Below are positions 41,185 to 52,500 of a stretch of DNA of 64,000 bases, one piece after another; position 1 is the first letter of the stretch, and each line of letters starts with the position of its first letter. A program made the translations under genes and the position numbers. A model generated the notes under the pieces. That model did no database searches, was not told the origin of the DNA, and worked only from the letters and a program-made list of their open reading frames with translations. The DNA comes from Eledone cirrhosa (taxonomy: Eukaryota), in the NCBI GenBank assembly GCA_964016885.1, contig OZ024741.1, positions 326,430,001-326,494,000 on the forward strand, given 5' to 3'.

Positions 41185-41544
41185 ATGGAATTCAGTCGTG
41201 ACGATTATCCAAAATACAACACAGCTTCTATCATCATCAAGAATGCCGTATTCAGTCTGAAGGATTGTGAGATCCTTGAAATTGAAGACACAAAGTATGA
41301 ACAACAGAAAGTGGTTGTGAAACTACCTAAACAAAAAGTTGATAAGATGAAGGAAATTGAAGAAGAGGTTAATCGGTATCTTGATGACCAAGGTTTTTAC
41401 AAGATGAAGCTTGTATATGGAAACAAGATTTATGCAAAAAATAAAAGGACTTCAACACCCCCAAAACACCTAGAGTGTATTAAGCTGAGGAGTGTGCTTA
41501 TCAATAATGGAAGTAAAACCTTTTTACAGCTTTGGGTAATGTAA
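41185..41544 (+). CDS. Hypothetical viral protein (119 aa, intact)
   Basis: Open ORF in viral gene orientation, preceded by a motif shared with the polB upstream region. Confidence 0.55.
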   Translation: MEFSRDDYPKYNTASIIIKNAVFSLKDCEILEIEDTKYEQQKVVVKLPKQKVDKMKEIEEEVNRYLDDQGFYKMKLVYGNKIYAKNKRTSTPPKHLECIKLRSVLINNGSKTFLQLWVM

Positions 41545-41678
41545 GAGTATGAGGAGGAGGCATCTGAGCATTCACTAAATTTGGCGAGCGAAAAAGTCAC
41601 ACGTAATAGGTTCAGCAGGTGTAAAAGTGAAAACCCTTACATCTGAGTTAAAAAATATTTTCTCTACATTAAAAAAAA

Positions 41679-42963
41679 GTAATAGACATTCTAAGATTTA
41701 CCGAAGCTCCTATGAAAGATGGGAGTATTGAAGAGTATCAACATCATGAGTATGAACCAATCACAGGAACAAATCTCAACAACCCTGGTGATATCCGTAT
41801 CAATATTGAGACACAAGATTCCTTTACCCACCCGAGTGAGAGTTATTTGATCATCGAAGGTCGCCTGACAAAAGCTGATGGAACAGCTTATGCACACGGT
41901 GATAATGTTGCTCTGACAAATAATGCACTTATGCATCTTTTCAACAACATCAAGTATCAACTTTCAGGCCAGGAGATTGAATCCATCTACTACCCAGGGC
42001 AGGGAACAACAATGCCCGGCTTGTTGAAATACCCAGGTGATTTCTCCAAGTCACAGGGGCTGAATCATCTCTGGTATAAGGATACAGAAGCCACAGCAAG
42101 AACTGAAAACAATTCAGGATTTAGTGTTAGACAGTCATATCTAATCCAATCTCCCGACCCAAAAGGAACATTTAGCTTTAGAGTCCCACTCAAGCACATC
42201 TTTGGGTTCTGTGAAGACTATGACAAGAATGTTTATGGATTGAAGTAGACTGTTACCCTCGTGAGAAAGTCTGACAATGATGCAATATTTAGAGCTGCTA
42301 CTGCTGATGCTGGTAAAATTACACTAGATAAAGTGTCTTTGTGTATGCCGCACGTGTTACCTGCTGATGCTGAAAAGTTTCAGTTCTACAAGACAATCGA
42401 ATCAAAGACTTCATTGCCAGTCGCATACATAATGAAGCAGTGTGACTCTATCTCAGTCCCTCAGTCAACTAGCTTTACATGGTGTCTTTCTATGAAATCA
42501 TCTCCAGAAAAGCCACGTTATATCATTGTAGGTTTTCAAACTGATAAATATGGGTGTCAGGAACAGAATCCATCAATCTTTGATAATGTGGCTATGAAAA
42601 ATGTGTATGTAATGCTGAACTCCACTAGGTACCCAGCAGTCGATTACAACCTTTCATTCCCCAAACAGCTATTCAGTCGTGTGTATGGTGATGCTGCTAC
42701 ATCGAGATTCAAGCTTTATCATATGGATGAATTGGTGTTCAACCCCAACATCACTCCTGATGATTAAAAGACCCTCTTCCAACTCGTTGTGTTTGATGTA
42801 AGCAAGCAGAGTGAGCGACTAAAGACCTCTGTTACTGACATTCTGATCAAGACACAGTTCAATGCTAATGTCCCAGCAGGTACTGAAGCGTTTGCTGTTG
42901 TAATTAGTGACAAGATGACTAACTTCCAGTCTGACGGGCACAAGATGAGGTGTTGTCTATTAA
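41679..42963 (+). pseudogene. Major capsid protein (double jelly-roll hexon-like)
   Basis: D.SIEEYQ.HEY.P..GTNLN..GDIRI.I..QD....PSESYL.IEG, LFNNIKY.L.GQEIE, VPLKHIFGF.EDY.K, EKPRYIIVGFQT, LNS.RYP and FDVSKQ.E. Stops at 42248 and ~42767. Confidence 0.9.
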
Positions 42964-43038
42964 GACTTTCAGGCTGGTTTACCCACAAATTAAAAGTTCT
43001 TGAAATGATTTAAGAAAAATGATATAATATATGAAAAG

Positions 43039-43510
43039 ATGGCAAAACTTCCTGCGTTGAGAGAGATTCTTCGTGAAAATAAAATTAAAGGTTCCTCTCA
43101 CTACAACAAGAAACAGTTGATTGAGTTGTTGAGACAAAAAGGATTGCTACCAGATGAACCGCCGAAGCCTGATAAACCAAATAAGGAGATTGATCCAAGG
43201 TTTAATAGATTGAAGACAGTCAGAACAAACTCCAAACGAGTTGTGTTCAAAAGTGTGGAAATGAGTGATGAGATTAAATTTAATATTTAAATGGTTGATG
43301 AGATTACATCAATCTACAAGGCAGCACAGTTTATTAACTAACCTCCATCAATAGTAACATTTTGGAATGGCAGGGTGTGGAACAAAACGTATGGGATTAT
43401 AATAGGGGAGACGGAGGAGCGAGGAGATGCTGAGGTTCATGATATTGTAATGGAATCAATAAAGAACTTGGAGCATGAAATTGATAAGGGGTATGATGAA
43501 GAGGAATGAG
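43039..43510 (+). pseudogene. Small nucleic-acid-binding protein (Rho-N/HeH-like + NUMOD1-like)
   Basis: LPALREILRENKIKGSSHYNKKQLIELL matches the HeH pattern. Downstream F..SIYKAAQFI resembles a NUMOD1 helix-turn-helix. Confidence 0.5.
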
Positions 43511-43721
43511 GGGTAACTTCGTTTCAAATATGTTATATAAGGTTGGCAGAGCCTCATATAACACTCCCCAATTTCGGGGAACTGAGAGAGGTTTACTTTT
43601 GCCTCACGTGTTGATTTCTTTAAATTGATTTCTTTAAATTAGATACCATGTCATGGTTTAAAATGTAAGAAAAAATGAAATTCATGAAAATGACTTAAAG
43701 AAAATAAAACCCCTAATAAAA

Positions 43722-46700
43722 ATGAATGTGTTCAGACGAATCGGAACAGCCGCGTACAATGCGGTTTCAAATGTTGCATCATGGGTATCACAAACTGCGC
43801 AGCAAGCTACACAAGCTTCACAAAGAAGAGTAAACAGTTTCACTACCTGGTTAACTAGTTATGTGGACCCATCACAAGTTGGAACAGTCTTGGATGAGGT
43901 GACGGTACATGTGCGTAGAAATTACCCTCCTAGGCAGAGGACATTTGAGCTCCGTGAAAGTAGATCTGCTCTGGGGAGATTTACAACACAGCATGTTATT
44001 GAAGGGAGGGAGGTGTATGATCCTCAATCATTCCTGAGGGCTGTAAGAAAAACTGTAACCAATCTTCTTAGGGGTACCCGCAGAACATGGATAAAGCTAA
44101 TTCTTCGGTGTAATATGGAAACGGTTAGCATTGTAGCTGAAAGTGGAACAATGACTGAAGCAGCTGCCTTTCACTCCAATGTTGAGGTGAACTTAGAGGG
44201 TACTGATGTGGATGACTTGTATTACACCATGGTAGATAGGGTTTTGGAAGCAATGGCAAAATTTCAAATGCAGGGTAGTAACTGGACATTTAGGTCAATC
44301 ATTGCTCTTGAGATCCATACTGTTGCTTATGAGCCATTACGTAGAAGCTCTTACATTCCATTACCACGAAAGCTTGTATTGAAAAAGGCAATCATTAATA
44401 TGAAGAATGATGATGATAAGTGCTTTACCTGGTGTGTACTTCGAGCACTAAACCTAAAGAAAAAGGATAATGAAAGCATTGATAAAGTATTAAAGAGCAA
44501 GGAAGATCTCTTGAATATGAATGGTATTGAGTATCCAGCTATCCTGAAGGCAATAGATAGGGTAGAGAAACAAAACCCAAGGATTTCTATCAATGTCCTT
44601 GGGTATGAAAGTGCTATCTATCCCCTAAGGATAAGTAAATATACGGATTGAACGTCAGTAAACCTCTTAATGATCACAGATGATAAGACACACTACTGTC
44701 TAATTAATAACATGAGCCGACTTTTGTCTTCACAAACTTCAAAGAAAAAGGCCGAGCAACATTACTGCCTTAGATGCTTGAATTCTTTTCCTTCCCAAGA
44801 GTCCTTAGACAAACACTTAGAATATTGTAATACAGATGAGGCTGTCAAAATAGAAATGCCATAAGAGGGTTCAACCCTTTCATTTAACAACTTTAATAGG
44901 TCTATGAGAGTACCCATCATTGTGTATGCTGACTTTGAATCCTTCATAAACCATTAGATACCTGTGAGCCAAACCCAGAAAGGAGTTACACAAAACAATA
45001 TCAGAAACACACTCCATCAAGATTTTGCTACTACATCAAAAACTTTGATGATGCTTATTCTCAACAACCTGTAACATATACTGCAGAATCGGAGGATGCA
45101 GACCTTGCCCAGAAATTTGTAGACATGTTGGAAACAGATGTAAAATACCTCCACCTTAGGTTTGAAAAACCACAAAAGATGGTATTTGGAAAGAGGGAGA
45201 AGATTGAGTTTGAAGGAGCAACCAAGTGCTGTATATACCATGATGAGTTTGATCAAAATGAGAAAAAGGTTAGAGACCATTGTCATTTCACTGGAAAATA
45301 CAGAGGAGCTTCTCACAACAAGTGTAATCTAAAATACAAAAAACCAAAGTTTATACCTGTAGTATTTCACAATCTGAGTGGGTACGACTGTCATCTGTTT
45401 ATCAAGAATCTTGGGTTGAGTGAAGGTAACATTAACTGTATCCCAAACATTGAGGAAAAATACATTAGCTTTACCAAATAAGTTGTCGGTACGTACAAAG
45501 ATAAGAAGGGAGAGGAGAAACCTGTAAAACAACAACTTAGGTTTATTGACAGCTTCAAGTGTATGGCATCTAACTTGGATAAATTAGTAAGTAACCTAGA
45601 TAAAATTTGCTTCCTAAACACATCAAAATTCTATAAGGAAAAACAGCTTGACTTACTGTTGAGGAAGGGTGTATACCCCTATGACTACATGCATTCCCTC
45701 AAAAGACTAAGTGAAACCCAACTCCCTCCAAAGGAAGCATTCTACTCTAAACTTAGTGGTGATGGGATAAGTGATGTAGATTATCAATACGCACAAATGG
45801 TATGGAAAGAGTTTGGAATGAAGACCCCTAGAGACTACCATGACTCATACAACCAGTCTGATGTCTTGCTGTTGGCAGACCTCTTTGAAACCTTTAGAGA
45901 TGTTTGTAGTGAGAATTATGGATTAGATCCTCCGTGGTATTACACAGCTCCAGGTTTGGTATGGGATGCTGATTTGAAGATTACTGAAGTTAATCTCCAG
46001 TTGTTATCAGATCCAGACATGTTGCTTTTGATGAACAGGGTATTAGGGGAGGAATCTCGATGATAAGTAATAGATATGGGAGGGCAAATAACCCATACAT
46101 GGGCACCAAATACAACAAAAATGAAACAATAAAATATATCACTTACCTAGACGCAAACAATTTATATGCGTGGGGGATGGGTAAACCAATACCAACCCAT
46201 GGATTTGAATGGATGAGTGAAAGCGAAATGTCAAATTGGAAAGCCCATTCCTCCATTCTTGAGGTTGCTTTGGAATACCCTCAAAACCTTTATGATATGC
46301 ATAACGACTACCCACTTGCTCCAGAGAGCATTATAATCTCCAAAGTCGACAGGCTAATTCCTAAACTCAATAACAAAATAAAGCATGTGGTACACTATGA
46401 GAACCTCAAGCTGTATGTCAGTTTGGGGTTGAAGATTACAAAGATTCATAGAGGTATCAAGTTTGGGGAAAGTGCATGGTTAAAGCAGTGTATTGACTTA
46501 AACACAAATCTTAAGGCAAAGGCAAACAATGAGTTTGAAAAGGACTTCTCCAAGCTCATGAACAACTCTGTATTTGGAAAAACTATGGAAAACAGAAGCA
46601 GGGTAGACATCAGATTAGTCAACAACGAAGCAAAAGCAAAGAGGCTAGCTGCAAAACCAAACTACAAACACTGCAACATATTTGATGAGAATATATTAGC

Positions 46701-47312
46701 TATTCACATGAAAAGTTGGTATTCAACAAGCCTGTATATCTAGGAATGTGCATTCCTGATTTGAGTAAGACACTAATGTATGATTTCCACTACAGCTACA
46801 TTAAGACAAAGTACGGTTCCAAAGCAAAGCTACTGTTTACAGACACAGACTGTCTAGCCTATGAAATTGAAACAGAAGATTTCTACAAAGACATTTCCAT
46901 GGCTGTAGCGAGTAAATTCGATACAAGTAATTTCCAAAAAGATCACCGCTCAGACATAGAAACAGGACAAAACAAGAAAGTGGTAGGTATGTTCAAGGAT
47001 GAGGCTGGTGGTGAGATCATTGAATAGTTTGTAGGTCGCAGAGCCAAATTATATTCTTACAGGATGTTTGAAGGAAAAGAAGAAAAGAAATGTAAAGGTG
47101 TTAAGAAACCTGTTGTCAAGAAAAAGTATCAAGTTTGATGATTACAAGAGGAGCAGCTGAGAAGGATTAATGTCATTAGGAGTCATGGTCATGAGATGTA
47201 CACAGAAGAAATAAACAAGATAGCTCTGTCGGCAAATGACGACAAGAGAGTTATTTTGGAAGATGGAATGCATACATTAGCACATGGGCATTGCAAAATA
47301 AACAAAATGTAA
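43722..47312 (+). pseudogene. polB: Protein-primed family B DNA polymerase with Zn finger and endonuclease-VII-like insert
   Basis: Exonuclease motifs VYADFES, FHNLSGYD and YNQSDVLLL. Polymerase motifs YLDANNLY, KLMNNSVFGK, FTDTD and KCKGV. Also CLRC..H...C and RDHCHFTGKYRGASH..CN. Many frameshifts and stops. Confidence 0.95.
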
Positions 47313-47324
47313 TATATATATAAA

Positions 47325-47792
47325 ATGGAAAAAAACGAAGATTCATTCATTACTGTTGGAAACGTCATGTTACCAAACAAGCCGTTGAGCAAGATTGAAT
47401 TAATCAACTTAGCGCAAAAGTTGAAAATACCAAATTTTAGAGGCGTATTTCTACGTAATATTCTTCCTAAAAAATTTACAAAATAGGAGTGCGGAATATT
47501 GAACCTAGATGATACATCAGTAAGTGGGATACATTGGGTTGCTTGGTATAAGAATGGTAATGATAAGTATTACTTTGATAACTATGGAGTACAACCTCCG
47601 AGTGAGTTGATAATATATTTAGGACCATCAATCTTATATAACACAGAGCTAGTACAACAAGCGGATCAAGTGTTTTGTGGGCATTTATGCATGTATGTTT
47701 TAAAAGAAATGAGTTATGCGAAAGGACTTCAAGAAATAATAAATAATTTGTATCAAAGAAAATATTATTATAATAAAAAAAATGCCTATTGA
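47325..47792 (+). pseudogene. Adenain-like cysteine protease
   Basis: FRGVF, GILNLD...GIHWVA, YYFDNYG and Q....FCGHLC (H-D-Q-C catalytic set). Frameshift at ~47480. Confidence 0.9.
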
Positions 47793-47884
47793 TATTTTTG
47801 GAAGAAGCCAGAAGCAATATTATAGGAGCTGTTGTTTCTCTACTTCTAGAAATCGAGTTATAAAAAATAATTTTATAATAAAAA

Positions 47885-48100
47885 ATGCTTGTTGATAAAT
47901 TTAGTCGCATGCTAGAAACATGTATAACGAATGTTTCTAGTGTTTCATTAAGCCATATAAATAACAACTTTTTACGAAGAGATGGAACAAATACTGCAAC
48001 TGGGTCAATAAACATGACAGGAAACACGTTAAAAGACGTGTCAGACCCAGTAAATACACAGGACGCTGCAACTAAAAAATATGTGGATTCAAATGGAGAT
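47885..48100 (+). pseudogene. Truncated fibre-like protein
   Basis: FLRRDGTNTATGSINMTGNTLKDVSDPVNTQDAATKKYVD is a phage-tail-fibre-like repeat. The sequence then switches to unrelated AT-rich DNA. Confidence 0.6.
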
Positions 48101-48625
48101 GGATGTGGTATTGGTATTATCAACAAACGCATTTTGTACATATTATTTTTTTACTTATTTTTTACATCTGTACTACCTTCACTCTATCTTCTTTACCTCT
48201 TTATCATTATCTTTTATTATTTATGTTATTGATTTGATTCTCCGTTGTATCTCTATATATACACCAATGCCATATGTAAAAACTCTAGCATTCCGATGAT
48301 TTGATCAGAGGTAATAACTGTATTGAAGGTCGAGTGACGCAACTTCGAGTGATTAGCGGCCTTTAGCCTCACGTGATCAATGAAACAATTGTTAATACCT
48401 GAAATAAAACCCCTTTTGTACAGCCGACCATGTTATTCTTCAATCTATCACTATTATTACTCCAAGAATAACCTGCATAGGAATTCTCGCGAACTCGCAA
48501 CCTTACTATGGAAAACTCTTGTTGAGTCAAACAACGCCGTACGTTAAAACTATCCACAATACAGAGTACTCACAACATCTAAATGGACTACCTATAACGA
48601 TAACTTGTTATCCCCACGCGCATAA
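48100..48625 (+). mobile_element. PLE-type 3' end/pseudo-LTR with long-stem-II hammerhead (U4C variant)
   Basis: gcatt-CCGATGA-tttgatca...tgatcaat-GAAA-CAATTG-TT-aatac (48288-48398). The downstream part is homologous to 57720-57900. Confidence 0.65.
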
Positions 48626-49570
48626 AAAAAAAAAAATATATATATATATATTTATAGAGAGAGAGAGAGATAGAGAGAGAGTGTGAGAGAGAATGTATAT
48701 ATACATATATGTATTTATATTTATACACACACACACACATATATATACATATACTAGCATTAAAGCCCGGCGTTGCTCGGGGTCAGTAAGTTACCTAAGT
48801 TAGGTTGCACCACCCATTTTATGGTGGCACTTTTTTGTCTGCCAGGCACTGGTTGAATGAATTGCAGACCTGGACTGCCGAAGCAGGAGCTGCGCCAGCA
48901 GTGACAATTGTAGTTTCGCCTATTGATATTATCTCTGTGCAAAGAAGTGTTGAAATGTATTGTTTCACAGTACTTGCGCGTAGACGTTGCTAGCCGAACA
49001 ACAGAGCTGCAATGGAGTTGTTCTGCATGACATGTTTTAACGGGGGAGGGGGTGGAATGAGGGAACCGCAACCAGGGGTCTGAAAATATTGACGAATTAT
49101 GACAACCAAAAAAGAGGAAGAGGGGTCATTGTATGGTTGGTGCATCATGTACGTCGGACGTAGAAGATGATCCTGCTGCTGTGCCGACGGAGGGGGGGGG
49201 GGGGGAATAGAGCTGAGCGGAGGCCAGGTGTTGGTGAAGTGCGAAGTAATTGCAGGGAACCGCCTAAAAATGTAAATCCCGTCATTAAAGCATTGTTCAC
49301 CCTTTGAGAGTCGTACGGAGGTGAAATACTAACCTGTCAACGGTCCTCCGAGGAACACCAAACGGGTGTTGGTGAGGAGCAACAGCTGATATTTGAGTAG
49401 GGTCGGAGTTACAATGGAGCTTTGTAAAGCCGCAAGAATAAGCCTTTGTACGACCGATGGTTGGGAGTGTCCAGTGCAGTGCAGTGAAGGTTAACCTACT
49501 TAGAAAGTACTCACGAAGAGGCAACAAATAAAAAAATAAAAAAGTTATAAAATTAGGAATCGAGGTAATC

Positions 49571-52500
49571 CTATAAAACCTCCTTGTACACAATGTTTTT
49601 GTTTCTCCTTGCGGAACGAACGCGAAATCATCACTCTTGCTGCCGATACGCGAGCAGCCAACGTAAAGCTGACCATGAAAGAAACACGGCTCCCCCAAAT
49701 GTATTCCCGCGACAGACAGTGTTTGCCCCTACACTAGGTTAATTGACATGCGAAGCATGGCCAGACCGGGGACTGGAACCTCCGAAATGTGAAAGGCAGG
49801 TCTGCTTCTGATGGGAAAAGATGCATCCTCAGTATGAGCACAACCTTGCCCCGACCGCACCCTGTGATTATCGTGGCCTCAATCAGATTGGGAGCTAAGG
49901 ACTTAACGACCAAACGTGTGCCATTGCATTGTTTCGGCGGAACCAAATTTCGAATGAGCATTATAGGGGCACCAACTTTAAGTTTCAAAATGTGTGGGGG
50001 TAATCCGGGGGGCTCAAAGGAATTTAGTACTTCTATTGGATAGTTGATGACGTCCTCGGGGTCAGGAGTTCTATCGATAGACTTATATACGTAGCCATCC
50101 CCAGGAATGAGTTTTAGCATTTAATCATTAATATGGTTAACAGTATTATTCCTCGGGGCCAGAATAGCCCTTTGGGCAAGCCAATCTATATTCTGATAAT
50201 TTGCTTATAATTTGCTTATAATTTGCAAGGAGGGTGTGAGAAAATGCTGCTGATGCGATATCACCTCGCATATGAGTACGCATATTAGTGTGAAGTTTCA
50301 GAGTCTTCACCAAGGGCTGCATCAGCTCTAGTTCCCTTGGGAATAACGGGAAGCGTTTGCCTGAAGTCCCCTGAAAGGAGAAGTGTTATGCCTCCCTTGG
50401 GAGCCGTAGAGTCTTTGATGTCTCTCAGAGTTCTATCTAGCGCCTCAAGAGCACCTCTGTGGGCCATCGTGCATTCGTCCCAAACGATAAGCTTGCATCG
50501 TCTGAACACTTCTGCCTGATCGGAGCTCTTACTGATGTTGCAAGTGGGTGTCTCAGTCTTCGCTAAGTCAAGCGGGAGCTTGAAATAGGAGTGAGCTGTC
50601 CTGCCGCCCGGTAACACAGTAACCGCAATTCCAGATGATGTCACAGCTAAGGCAATGCCTTCTGTTCGCCTAATCTCAGCTAATATTAATTTGGTGACAA
50701 AAGTTCCCCCTTCCCAGGAGCGTCGAGGAAAGAAATCCCCCCCAGCTTTGCCCCGGACAGAATTAAAAACGGCGTTGTAAGCGAATTTCTGTTCTGGAAG
50801 GAGCTTTGGCTCATTCTACGCTATGTACTGGGCAAGCTCGTCTACAGTATAAGATGTCTCACGCAGCAAATCCGAAGACAGAGAGTTTGCGCCTTCCCGG
50901 TTTGTTGTAGGTAGGCCATACACCACCAACGCACTACCGCCCACATCGAGAACAGCATCTTCGATTTCAAGCAGCGCCCTCGGGTAAATGAGGTCACTGT
51001 ACCCGACCTCCATCGATGGGTTTAGCAATTGAGCGTGACCCAGGAAATCTTCAGATATGTAATCTTTGTAGCTAAGCCATAAAGAGGCCGGAACACCCAA
51101 GTCGCATCATAGGAGTAGAATAGCGAAAAGCGATCTTAGTCTTTTAGGAGATTTCAACAAAACGCCCTCTGCCATAGTGGCGCCCCATTGTGAATCATCC
51201 TCCAAAAGGCCACGCCTAAAGCAGGCTTCCCGGAAAGTATCACATAATTCACCGTCAACAGTTCTTATGTCTCGAAAGCTTTGTGGGCCAAAAACCTCAT
51301 GTAGGAGAAGGCGCAGGTGAAAACACTCATGCTGGTTGGGATGTACAGTGTACACTCTTCCTAGACAACTGTCAAACTTGACACCAGGATGTCCTTCAAC
51401 ATCCTGACCTGACTTCCTACGCACCCAAGTGTTGTTTGACCATACGTAGTAGAACTGGACCTGAGGATATGAAAGTGTTTTTGCAAATTGGTCAAGTTAG
51501 CAAAGCGTAAAAAAAAAAACAGTCAAAGTTGTTTCTTTGGATTGGCCGCCAAATGAGCAGCAGTCTGTTCAGTGAAGTAAGCCTGCTGGCCGTTTTCCAA
51601 ATGAACCACTACTTGTATGATGGCGGGGTGCCTTTGGTGAAATGGAAACCCGAATATCCGCCAAAAAGCTTCACCACTGCTGATATATCGACCTGCCAAG
51701 TACTCTGAGACCTCGTCCCTGCTATTCTCGCTTTGAAGGCCGAACATGGCAGCGTCGGAACCCTTGTTAACATATTTACATATGTACTTTATCGACTTCA
51801 CTGAATGACAGAACTCCACATTTATATGAGCGTTGAAAGTTTTCATCAGAAATGGACAGTACGGGACCACCCACCTATTATCAACTTGATGACCCCGAAA
51901 CCCCATAGTGAATCCACCGTTCTCAGGCCGCCTTCGTCTGTACAGTGGGTATCCGTCGCCGCCGGTCTGGGTCTCCTCAACAAACCTCTTTGGGTATCGT
52001 TTAGTGCACACATGGTCCTTGTGGTATGAGGGGAACTCTTGAAAACCGAGACAATGTCGTACAGTTGCCGGTCAACAACGGGGTCCGGTATTTCCGCTGC
52101 GATTACGTCATCTAGAACTGTAGGGTCTATTTTGGTGACCAACCAAACCAAATTGTGCGCGTTTGGAAACCATCTCTTCTGCCACTCAACAGTATACATG
52201 TGGCACCTAACAGGCCCGAAAACCTTCCCTTTTGTATTAGATCAATTAGCTTAGCGAGCTTCTGCGTGAAAACTCTGGCAATAATATCATGCCGTTGGCA
52301 GTACTGCTGCCCTGGGACAAGTTCCCACGTAACCTCAACCCACTTGGGGTTACACGTAAACGTGATGAATAAGTCGGGGCGCCCATAATGCTGCTTCTGA
52401 TTCAATTTTATGAAGCACAGTCTCTCCGACTCAATCTTTGCAGCCATGTCAACTGCAAATTGGTGAAACAGTTCCCGTTATCTGTGCAGAGTGCTGAAAT

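Larger units (their letters stand above)
34586..48100 (+). mobile_element. Endogenous Polinton/Maverick (adintovirus-type) DNA virus, decayed, right end missing
   Basis: Starts at AGTAGT (34586). Compact gene array with rve integrase, ATPase, penton, major capsid, pPolB and adenain. Most genes are broken by stops or frameshifts. Confidence 0.95.

Noticed and set aside
47476-48141. 221-aa minus-strand ORF
   Set aside because: Antisense to the adenain and fibre genes, with no motifs of its own.
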